Positions 10,345-21,075 of a DNA stretch of 64,000 nucleotides are shown in pieces. The stretch's first letter is position 1, and each line of letters opens with the position of its first letter. The translations under genes were made by a program, and so were the position numbers. This stretch comes from Octopus vulgaris. Taxonomy: Eukaryota. A model generated the notes under the pieces. It ran no database searches, was not told where the DNA came from, and worked only from the letters and a program-made list of their open reading frames with translations. The stretch is from assembly GCA_951406725.2 (NCBI GenBank), contig OX597822.1, positions 36,146,001 to 36,210,000 on the forward strand, given 5' to 3'.

Positions 10345-11105
10345 TTCTCTTGGGTTATCTATGTCATGTCTCAGCTCCTTCCCACAACTTAGGGAAGCAA
10401 CACTTTTCTCAACACGTGCTGTTCAAAGTATTGCTACCAACTGTGAACTTTGCTAGGTCTTGGAACTTCTCGACTTTCTAGTTCTGTCTTTAATATTATC
10501 ATTATTATTATTGCTATCATCATCTATTTTAAGATGGTTTCAGATCTTAATCAAATATATAGTACCCGACACCTTGGTTGCTTGTAGTGGAGTCCATGCT
10601 ATTGTAAGCATTTCAGACCAGGTCTTTAGACTGAGGATATTTTCGTCCCTTCCACCCTCTGCAAGCCCTGTGAAGAGTCACAGACATTCCCTTTCTTCCT
10701 GACTAACCAAACAAAAAAAAAAAGTCATACAACTTCAGACAGAGTACCATTTGCAGGATGTTGGCAGTTCCAAGATTATGCTGATTTATGTAAAGCTACA
10801 ACGTTGGATGTTATATTTAGCTCATTGATACATGGTTGTTGACTTGTTAGGAATGGAGCCAAGGGCATCAATTGCTACTGGCACTAATCTAGTGGGTGCG
10901 TTTCACATTCTTGAAATTTCCAACTGATATTCCGAATAATTAACAATTTTCTTATGCTCTTTGCCAGCCATGTTGTGGGTCACCTGGAATGGCAACATCT
11001 TCTAAAATAACATTTTCATGCCTCTTCTCAACCTAAACAATATCCAGTCAATAAACTACTGCTTTATCTGTATAACTATAAAATTCCCATAAAATTCCTG
11101 CAGCT
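10345..11105 (-). mobile_element. Decayed fragments of an RLE-type (R4/Dong-like) LINE 3' end
   Basis: Minus-strand translation gives ILWEF..TD...LDIV..K...DVAIPGD (about 11100-10975) and AIL*TARVLRKVL (about 10435-10395), with stops and frameshifts. Confidence 0.6.
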
Positions 11106-11328
11106 ATATACAACCCAATGCATACATGTATGTGTAGGTGCGTGTGAACACATATGTTGAGCTTGTTTTAAGTTTCATATTAAGTATTTGTTTATTGTTC
11201 ATGGTACCTATTTATTACAATCAAGTCTTAAAAGTGTATTATGCTTATAATGCTTCTTTTTTTTATTATAACTGAGATTTTCTAAAGTTTGATAGAATAG
11301 TTTTATATCAACCTACTTTCTGTTTTAA

Positions 11329-11548
11329 CCCTTTCGTTACCAACCCAGCTGAAACCGGCACTGGCTCTAAGTACAAATGTCTTGTTTTCATAAATTTTTA
11401 ATTAATATCTCCCACCAAACCTTAGTTGCAATTTATGTTCCTAACACCAGCTGAATGATAACTAAGTTATTTTACTAAATTCTTTGTTATATTTAAAGTA
11501 ATTGAAAGAAAAACAGAGTATCTCAAAATAAATACAGTAATGAAAGGG
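11329..11548. mobile_element. piggyBac-type MITE, 220 bp
   Basis: TTAA on both sides; TIRs CCCTTTCGTTAC / GTAATGAAAGGG; other copies at 24974, 43851 and 44074. Confidence 0.9.
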
Positions 11549-12079
11549 TTAATCATGTATCTCAGTAAAAAATAGAAGTCAGTACTGAGATTGAGGGGTT
11601 TAATTTGGTCCCAGTTGAATATATGTTGGGATAGGCAGAAATATTTATGCTTCTAGCTTGGGTTCCAAACTCTCACACCTCACCACTCAACCCAGATCAA
11701 ATTACAGCCCTCAATCTTGCCATCGACTTCTACTTTTAACCCTTATAAGCAGATGGCAAACTTCCAGACTTGTGAGTGGAATTAGAGGATAAAAACTGTA
11801 CAGAAACCTGTTGTGTTGTGAGTGTGTTCACATGTCAGTTCCTTTTCTTTATACAAGACCTAGGCAAAAAGCAGTGATGTCATGTTTTCATTCTCAGTGA
11901 AGAAACTGTGTGCTTTCAAAGTTTAGAAGAATAAAAGTAAGAGTTGGCAACAGGAAGAGCACCTGGCTGTAAAATACAACCTCAAATAAATATCCATCCA
12001 ACCCATTCCAATACACAAAGAAAAAAAGGGAACGGTCAATTTTAGGATAGAATTATATGCACATATTGAATTTTAGTGA

Positions 12080-12242
12080 AGGCGCAGGAGTGGCTGTGTG
12101 GTAAGTAGCTTGCTTACCAACCACATGGTTCCGGGTTCAATCCCACTGCGTGGAACCTTGGGCAAGTGTCTTCTATAGACTCGGGCCAACCAAAGCCTTG
12201 TGAGTAGATTTAGTAGACAGAAACTGAAAGAAGCCCGTCATA

Positions 12243-12301
<59 letters not shown>

Positions 12302-12515
12302 ATGTTTGTGTGTCTGCGTTTGTCCCCCCAACATTGCTTGACAACTGATGCTGGTGTGTTTACATCCCAGTAACTTAGTGGTTCGGCAACAGAGACCAAT
12401 AGAATAAGTACTGGGCTTACAAAGAATAAGTCCTGGGGTCGATTTGCTCAACTAAAGGCGGTGCTCCAGCATGGCCACAGTGAAAATGACAGAAACGAGT
12501 AAAAGAGTAAAGAGT
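12080..12515 (+). mobile_element. SINE family A with long internal (TA)n
   Basis: Full match to family A. Confidence 0.9.
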
Positions 12516-12840
12516 AAGAGCACATGGCTTATTAGTTAGGGTGTTTGACTCACAATTGTAAGGTCTTGAGTTTGGTTTCTGGAGGCACATTGTATCCTTG
12601 AGCAAGATGCTTCATTTCACATTGCACCAGTATACACAGCCAGCAAAAATCAGTTTTACCTGTATTTCAAAGGACCAGCCATGTCACATTCTGTATAATG
12701 CCGGATCTCCCTTGGAGCTATACTATGGGTACATGTGTCTGTGGAGTGCTCAGCCTCTTGCACATTAATTTCACAAGCAGGCTATTCCATCGATCAGATC
12801 AACTAGCAAACTCATCGTTGTAACCAATGGGATGTCAGAT
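12516..12840 (+). mobile_element. Older tRNA-headed SINE related to family D
   Basis: Head gcacatggcttattagttagggtg, ccttgagcaagatgcttcatttcacattg block. Relatives at about 50215-50478(-) and 59680-59968(+). Confidence 0.65.
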
Positions 12841-13120
12841 GAATGTTAGTTAAGTGTATTTTATTTGACGATATACAAAAGTGCACTTTTTCCCCTAAAA
12901 AAGTAATGTCTCAAAGAAATACCACCCCAAGTTCTATATGCAAAGTTGCTTTAAATATTACAAGTTTTAATGCAGTGAAAACTTCTTTTTCTGAATATGC
13001 ACTGCTGAAGTAAGGGTGCATCTTATATGCTTGTGCAACTTTTATGCTATCAACTACTGTAGATATATATAATAGTGCATATCTAAACACAAATCACAAA
13101 AATAACAGAATGGTACTTAC

Positions 13121-13746
13121 GAGGCATTCTTGGACTCTTGGTGAAGACGGCTATATTTTACATTGGCAACTGGTTTTTCACCTTCCATACGTAACAAAGG
13201 TCCCATCTCTGCACCAAGATTTTTCTTGGCATTTTCAAGAGCCCCTTGGCCCAATCGCTGTGCGACAGGAGGATTTGGAATATTTTCATTGTTGCCATAG
13301 TTGTGGAACAAAATATCCACAGTGCCATGGTTTCGGTCAGCATAATGTTGAGCATCTTCGCCTTTCAGCTTTGGTATGGGACGATCAATGATATCTAACT
13401 CTCCATATTTATCCATTAGGTTACGCATAGCTTCACCTTTGTTGCTTTCAGCTGTACGAAAACTTTCACTTTGGTTAACTGCTGGAGGCTGGTTTTCAGA
13501 ACTGCTCAATCCACCACCCATCACTTCAGTCATGCATCCTTTATTAAGGTCATAATTGCGTTTTGCTTCTGCTGTTCGGAGACGTACGCCACCTCTGGGA
13601 GAAGCATCACCATTCTGTGTGTTGCTGGTACCAAATAAATTTCCAGTTCCATCACGGACTCTTAAGGCGTACGCTTGGGCTTCAGCACTGCGACGAGGAT
13701 GATTTTTTGATTTCAGTTTATATTCAGTTCCATTAATTGCAGACAT
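13121..13746 (-). CDS. First coding exon of an uncharacterised protein with about five internal repeats (208 codons plus 2 nt; 209 aa if unspliced, stop at 13117)
   Basis: The only long non-repeat ORF with normal amino-acid composition. Exon 13804-13121 is bounded by acceptor TTATCTCTTTATTTGTTTTCATTTCCAG and donor TC|GTAAGT. In-frame stops upstream of ATG 13746 support it as the start. Confidence 0.9.
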
Positions 13747-13804
13747 CTTGCTTTGTGGTCATTCAAAATATATTTAACAGCAATAGAAAATGGAGATCAA
13801 AATT
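13747..13804 (-). other. 5' UTR part of the first coding exon; implies an upstream non-coding exon that was not located
   Basis: Strong polypyrimidine tract and CAG acceptor at 13807-13805; 58 nt to the ATG with in-frame TAA and TGA. Confidence 0.75.
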
Positions 13805-15409
13805 CTGGAAATGAAAACAAATAAAGAGATAATTAAAACGACAGTTTGAAAGAAAGAAAAAAAACTATAATAAATATGGTGACAAAAGTATTAATAGCTT
13901 GGTTGTATGCTTCAGATCAGATTCAAGCCTAGGTGTGTGTGTAACACATACATAAAAATAGATTTACAGATAGATATCTGTTGAGGATCAATGAAATAAA
14001 TAATTGTCAAATACTACAATCAATATAATAGGCAAGCTATACCGAAATGAGTGGACCTTATGCCAATGATAAAAATTCCAGTTATCTGTATCAGCACACA
14101 TAAATAAAGATAAGTCTAAATAAAAAGGAAAGCATTACCTTCTCTCGTGACTAAAAGATTAACCTCTCCTCCCTTACTGTAGGGCGGTGGGGTTAATCTT
14201 TTAATCCAGAGAGATTAAGGCACTTGATCATAAAAAACACTTCTGAGGCTGACAGGAGGGAATAAGGTACCCTCATTCTAGAGACCTGACCTGAATGCTT
14301 GCAACAGCATGGCTAAGGTACCAGGTGGGGTGTTAAACAGGATGATCATGGAGGGATTTGAACTCAGAAAGCAAAGCTGCAACAAATATTGCAAGGCATC
14401 CAGTCCAACATTCTTACACTTCTGATGCACTTTCCTGGATTGGTACTTTTTTTATCCACAGAGAAAACAAAAAATGAAAGGCAAAGTTTGACCTGAACAG
14501 GAATTGAACACAGACCCAATACCACAAAGCATGCATTACTATCTGATGCTCTTAACAGTCCTGCTAGCTCGCCCTAAGGAATGGAAATGTGCATCAGTGC
14601 AGTTCATGGTTGATTTAAATTGCTGCAGGTTAGCACTTGTGGGAGTAGCAGAACTAGATCACAAAAGGATACATTTCTAGAAGTAATGATGGACAAAATT
14701 CTTGGAAAGTTGAGGCAGCATGTAGAATAAGAGGAAGTTGGGTGCAGAGAGTGACCAAGCGTTATGCATTGACAGGATTTTATTATTGCTGATGGAGTAT
14801 ATTTGTTAGTTCAGCCCCTAGCCTGTCCTTTTAAAACAGCATTATGATCAAATGAATTCCAAATATGACCGATGTATCATGTTTTCGGACCGAGCTTCCC
14901 TTTTATCCGATGTGCCCTTCCATTTTTTTCAAACATGTTTTGAGAGAGATTTGGTTGCTATTTCTAAGAAGTTGAGTCATTGTGTAGAAACTCCAATTTT
15001 TGGCTTTATGGGCTTTTATCTAAATGGAAATGGATTCTATCACAATCTTTAGAAAGAGGGAGAGAGTCAAACAAACTCTCAAAATGAACAATGTACAATT
15101 CGGATGGGGGGAAACAGTTCAGCCATGATTTTATTGAAAGAATTACTCAAACTATTTGACTTAAAATTCAATGTGTGTGTGTGCGCGCATGCGCATTTGT
15201 GTGTATGTAGTGGGAGGGTCGTTATGCCAATAACACACACACTGGCCCAATAACACTTCTTTATTGTTAGTTAACTGGTTAAAGATCTAAGCAACTAACT
15301 AATCAATCATTTGCTTAATGTGCTAATTGAACAATCAGTTGGTTGTTAGTCAGTCAAAGTTCTTTCATCATTATTCACGACCTTCTCAGTGACTTCTCCA
15401 AAGTCAAAG

Positions 15410-15467
<58 letters not shown>

Positions 15468-16356
15468 GTATTTTTTAATGCAACAAAAAAGTATATTGTT
15501 AATAGTGGGTGACATCTGCAAAAGATTTAATTTTAAAAATCCTACATCTCTCTAACCTCCTAAAACAATTCTTAAAAAATAAATATGCTAACATTCCACG
15601 TAAAGGAATTATGGTTAATGTAGATAAAGCAAGGAGCAGAAAGAAGAAACCCTAAATTGTGCACAAGTATATATAACATGCAGACAAAGGTACACATAAC
15701 ATAACAAACATTTCTTTAAGATAACAGCAGAACTACAGCTGACTCAGTTTGTAAAAAGGTTATCTTATATATCATCAACACCAGAAAATCATGTAACATG
15801 AAGGACAACAACAGCAACAAAAAATTTCATAATATCCAATTTCAAAGACTTTGTATTTTTCTTTTCCAGCGTTTATCATTAGTTAGAATTCAGAAGACAA
15901 ATCTAAAACATTCTCATTTTAAGAAATGTTAAAAGCAGGTCTGTGGGGTTGATACACGAAAGTCTTCAACTGTAGTTTCATCTCTGCAACTTTTGACTCA
16001 ACAGCTCTGTTCAAAGAGTTACCTGCAGCAATGACAATACTTCATGAGATGAACAAGAAGCATAGAGTTAACCAGTTTAAGACAGAAGCCTTCAATCAGT
16101 GTTGTTGCTGTAGATGCTGGTGTTCAGCTTTACATATGCTTTGACAAAGGTGTTAGGAAGGGCATCCAGCTGTAGAAACTCTGCTAGATCAGATTGGAGT
16201 CTGGTTCAGCCATCTGGTTCGCCAGATCTCAGTCAAATCGTCCAACCCATGCTAGCATGGAAAGCAGACGTTCAACGATGATGATGATGATGAAAGTAAA
16301 TTTATTATCTGAGGCATTCCATTCACAAGTGACTAACATGTCCTTTCCTTATTTAA

Positions 16357-16577
16357 AACCTTTTCAATACCAATCTACCTCAGACGACCCCTTGCTCCAT
16401 GAATACCTGTTTTAAAATTATCTCAATTAAAACCATCCATAAAAACTTCAAGTTTATTTATGTTCAAATACCAGCTTAATGATGACAAAGTTATTTCACT
16501 AAATTCTTCATTATTTTTAAAAATAATGAACTGAAACAAAGGCAGTGCATTTCAACAAAAATATGGTAATAAAAGGG
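16357..16577. mobile_element. piggyBac-type MITE, second subfamily (uninterrupted copy)
   Basis: Ends atatggtaataaaagggTTAA; body homologous to the interrupted copies at about 38040, 47975 and 60940. Confidence 0.65.
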
Positions 16578-16755
16578 TTAAAATGAATACCACATGAGCC
16601 AATGGTGGGGCTTAAATTAAAGTCAACCATCATTATTTTATGTAACAAATTTTTAGTTCCCAAACACCAACTAAATAAAGATGAAAGGTTAGTTGTTTTA
16701 ACGATATCCATTCAAATTCTTGATTTTCAAAATTTACTGAAATGCAATGTATGCC

Positions 16756-17166
16756 TAGCGCTGGATTAACCATTAAGCAAAATAATCAAAGGAATGAAGG
16801 GAACATCACAGAAATGGTAAATGGTTTATGGTACAATAGAAATCACTTTAAAGTTGCTAAAATAATATTCAGGATGGCTTATCTCTATCAAGTATGGAAG
16901 CAGATGTGTTATGTAAGATTAATTTTGAGGATCTGATCAAAGATTTTGCAATTAAAAAAAAGTAGAAGAAAACTTTTCAATTATAAATAAAGTAGAACTA
17001 TACAGAAATAAACATTATTTCCCATCTAACTGTTAGTTTTATTTCATTTTAAAAAATTCAAAAATATTTTATGGTTTATTATTGTTTATATTTTAAATTA
17101 CATATATGCAGGGGCACCAAGATCTTTTAAATGCTTAAAACCCCTATGGGTCTTAATCTGACCCTG
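16756..17166. mobile_element. hAT-type non-autonomous element
   Basis: Imperfect TIRs TAGCGCTGGATTAA / TTAATCTGACCCTG; 8-bp TSD tgtatgcc / tgtaagcc. Confidence 0.7.
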
Positions 17167-17689
17167 TGTAAGCCATTAGAAATAAAATCATGAATAGAGT
17201 TAAGCACCAGTTAAGTAAGTACTGGGCTTAAGAAATTCTACTACACCTCTTCCCTAAAAAATGTCTTTATTATTATTATTATTATTATTTTTTCTTGAGC
17301 CCTAAGAATCACAGGGCTGGTTATCTGGTTTCCATGACATACAAGTGACAGGGTATAACATTCCATCTGAATGGGACATCAGTCTATCGTAGGGTTTGAG
17401 GCCAACAATTTTGAAGGCAGAGGACAAGTCAAATTCATCAATCCCTCACTCAAGTGGTACTTTGTTTAATTGCCCACCCAAAGGGATGAAAGTAAAAGTT
17501 GGCCTCGGTGAGATTTGAACTCAGAATGTCAAGAGGTGGAAGAAATGCCACTAAGCATTCTGTTCAATGTGTTAAACAACTCTGCCAGTTCACCACTTTT
17601 AAGAATGTTTGGTCTTCTTCAAATTGGCATAAAAAATGCATATGTCCACTGGATTGGCAAAATCGCTAAGGTGTGGGACAAAATGCCTT

Positions 17690-18022
17690 GTGGTAGACTG
17701 CAGCCATGCTGGAGCACCATCTTGAAGAATCTTAGTCAAATGAATCAGTCCCAGTACTTATCTTTTAAGCTTGATACCTATTCTATCAATGTCTTTTGAA
17801 GAACCACTAAGTTACAGGAATATAAACACACCAACACCAGTCATCAAGGAGTGGGGGGGACACACACACAATGGGCTCCTTTCCGTTTCTAATTCACTCG
17901 CATGGCTTTGGTCGGCCCGAGGCTATAGTAGAAGACTCTTGCCCAAGGTACCATGCATTGGGAGTGAACCTGGAACCATGTGGTTGGTAAGCAAATGTCT
18001 CACCACACAGCCATGCCAGCAC
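17690..18022 (-). mobile_element. SINE family A, older copy
   Basis: Reverse match to family A head and tail. Confidence 0.8.
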
Positions 18023-19639
18023 CTCTAAATACATTGCAAATGAATAAAGTCTCTTCCCCTGACAGCATTGATGTGACACCAAATCTTATGATGGAGAGGA
18101 ATGTATGAGACGACTTAACTTTTCATTAATCTGAAGTTTAATTAAACCAACAGCTTACTACAATGGGTGTTGAGTAAATGAACTGTAAGCCACCACCTCC
18201 CCCCTTACAAATAATAGTGTTGTACTCCACACTGGAAAGCTATGTCAATCAATATAACCCATATTGCAATAACAGTTCAGACTGATAGCAAAATAAATAT
18301 CTATAAGCAAAATAATAATAATAATAATAATACAAAATATTTAAGACAACAACAGCAAATATAATGCTTGTTAGTCATAGTCCAATCTCTGTCCCCCTTC
18401 TTCCTTCCTGCTTTCCTTCTGTTAAGCGTTTGGTTACTTTGTGCTAACTCTACTAAATCAAACAAGAGAATCAGTTGTTTAACAATGGTGATGATGATGA
18501 TGATGGTGATGGTGGTGGTGGTGGTGGTGATGTATGCCAAAATATTTGATTACGTAAATATACCGTCCTCATCATCATAATTATCATCATTACAGTCATT
18601 GCCACCATCACAATTTGTCATTATCACTACCACCATCATCATCATCATCATTAACACCACCATCACCAACATCATCATCATCATTTTTCCAGTAGTCAAA
18701 GTAAGAATCTGCATGTACAAACTTCATATGCTTCTTGAAATATCTTAGAAAGAAAAACAAACGATTTTAAAACTATGTTTACGTCACAGGAAGACAGTTT
18801 TACTTTATAGTACTGATGGCGATGAGAGAGGAAGGAAGAAATGAAGAGAAAGAGAGAAAGACAGGCAGACACACAGACAGAGAACTTCCTCTTTGTCTAT
18901 TTTTAACCACCATTCACATCCAAAAACTTAAGATATTTACAGAAATATTTACAATACCAAAAACCTCCTCGTCTTGGTTGATATCATTTCCATTAGTTTG
19001 AGTTTCACATAAATAAACATAATCAGTCCTTAGTTCTTGGTCCTTACTCTCTCTCCCCTCTCTTTATCCACCTTCTTGTATATTTAGGATAAACCCTTAC
19101 ACTTCAGTTTACCCATCCTTTCTCCCTTTCCTGCTGTGGTAGCCATGTATCTCCTCTATAGCAAGACACCTGTTTCTGACCCCCTATATTTTGTCCTCTC
19201 AATATTTGGCAGAAAGCCACCTCACTCAATATGTATCCCCACTCTGTTAAAGTTACTTGGTGCCATGAAAAAAGCATCCAGTATACTCTGTGAAGTGGTT
19301 GTCCTTAGGAAGGGAATACAACCATGGAAACTTTGCCAAAGCAAACACTGAACTCCAACACATCCCTCTGGCTTGTTGGATCCTGGTGAACCACACTAGC
19401 ATGGAAGACGGACATAAAATAATAATGACAATGTAAATTCTTCTTAATAATCATCATCATCATCGTTTAATGTCCGCTTTCCATGCTAGCATGGGTTGGA
19501 TGATTTTGACTGAGAGCTGGCGAACCAGATGGCTGCACCAGGCTCCAATCTTGATTTGGCAGAGTTTCTACAGCTGGATGCCCTTCCTAACGCCAACCAC
19601 TCCGAGAGTGTAGTGGGTGCTTTTACGTGCCACCGGAAT

Positions 19640-20590
19640 AATAATTTAATGAAGAAGAAAGGGTAAACAATTGGAAAATGAAATCACTGCATGAGCAATT
19701 ACCTCAGAGAAATCAAAGGAAAAGACAAGATCAACACTTGGAGATTGCTAAGAAAAAATTATCTGAAAGGATGCACTGAGACACTGATATGCAGTGGCCA
19801 GGAACTAATTACACAAAGTTCCTGAGAACTAATTATACCAAGTTCCAAACAGATAAGAGCAGCGAATTGCCCTTTGTGTGGCAGCAGAAACAAAACAATC
19901 TCACATATTGTGAGTGTAGCAAGCTTGCCCAAAAGAACTACAAAAGGAGGCATGAAAACATGGCTAAGTTCAACCACTGGAGGCTATGTGAAAAGTATGG
20001 CCTGGACAGAGCAAGGAAATGGTCTGAACATGAACCAGGAGTCACTGAGAACAAGGAATATAAGATACTATGGGATTTTACAATCCAATGTGATTCTCTA
20101 ATCAAGGCTCAGAGACTAGATATTGTTGTGGGAGAGACCAGATATTGTTGTGAGAGAGAAAAAGGAAACCAAAATTATAAATATTGTAATACCTGGGGAT
20201 GCATGCATAAGTGACAAAGAACTAGAAAAGATTGAAAAGTACAAACTACTAAAAGACAAAATTGCAAGAATGTGGACAATGAGGAGAGTGTCTGTCATTC
20301 CAGTAGTTGTAGGGGCATTTGGAGCACTAAGAACCAAGTTCAAGAAATATGTCAGAGAAATTGGAATTGACAGGAGAGCAGAACAAGCCCCAAAAACTGT
20401 TCTCCTGGGGACAGCTAAGATTTTGAGATTGGTACTTGGATGTTGAATGTCTCCCTCAATAATTAACAAGCTTATAATATGCAGAAAGATACCCTGGGAG
20501 ATCTCTGACAACATACTGCTGTCCGCTCTTACAGAACCTACCAGAGCAAACAAGACGAAGCACTCTGAGAAGTAAAACAGTAATAATAAT
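19640..20590 (+). pseudogene. Frameshifted 3' end of an RLE-type (R4/Dong-like) LINE: CCHC zinc knuckle plus restriction-like endonuclease
   Basis: Across frames: CPLCG..TISHIVS / C.KLAQKNYKRRH..HWRLCEKYGL..KILWDFTIQCD / RPDIVV..IINIVIPGD..KELEKIEKY..VIPVVVGAFG..LLGTAKILRLVL*, then a short 3' UTR ending in (TAA)n. Confidence 0.9.
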
Positions 20591-20654
20591 AACCATTGAC
20601 TGCGAAGACCCGACAAATGAAGTGAGTTCATGACTCGCAGGACGACCAGCTGTG

Positions 20655-21075
20655 TTAACCTTGGATCATAGGGTGACCCGCTGTGCTTGAGGAGACCTAT
20701 TGAGTCAAGTACATCAACATCAAAATAAAAATCAAATGGAAATTGTAGTTATGATACTCGTGCCGGTGGCACGTAAAAAGCACCATCCAAACATGGCCGA
20801 TGCCAGCGCCACCTGACTGGCACCCGTGTCGGTGATACATAAAAAGCACCAACCGATCGTGGTCGTTTGCCAGCCTCCCCTGGCCCTTGTGCCGGTGGCA
20901 CCTAAAAAGCACCCATTACACTCACGGAGTGGTTGGCATTAGGAAGGGCATCCAGCTGTAGAAACACTGCCAGATCAAACTGGAGCCTGGCACAGACTCC
21001 TGGCTTCCCAGACTCCGATCGAACTGTCCGACCCATGCTAGCATGGAAAACAGATGTTAAACGATGACGATGATT
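20655..21075 (+). mobile_element. Family C element, longest copy in the window
   Basis: Three internal gtggcacgtaaaaagcacc-type repeats and a (GAT)n tail. Confidence 0.8.

Noticed and set aside
15920-16145. Coding-looking stretch open on both strands
   Set aside because: No convincing acceptor/donor pair and no recognisable motif.
19160-19207. Hammerhead-like GAAACAGGTGTC on the minus strand
   Set aside because: The CUGANGA box is incomplete and stem I does not pair; at most a decayed relic.
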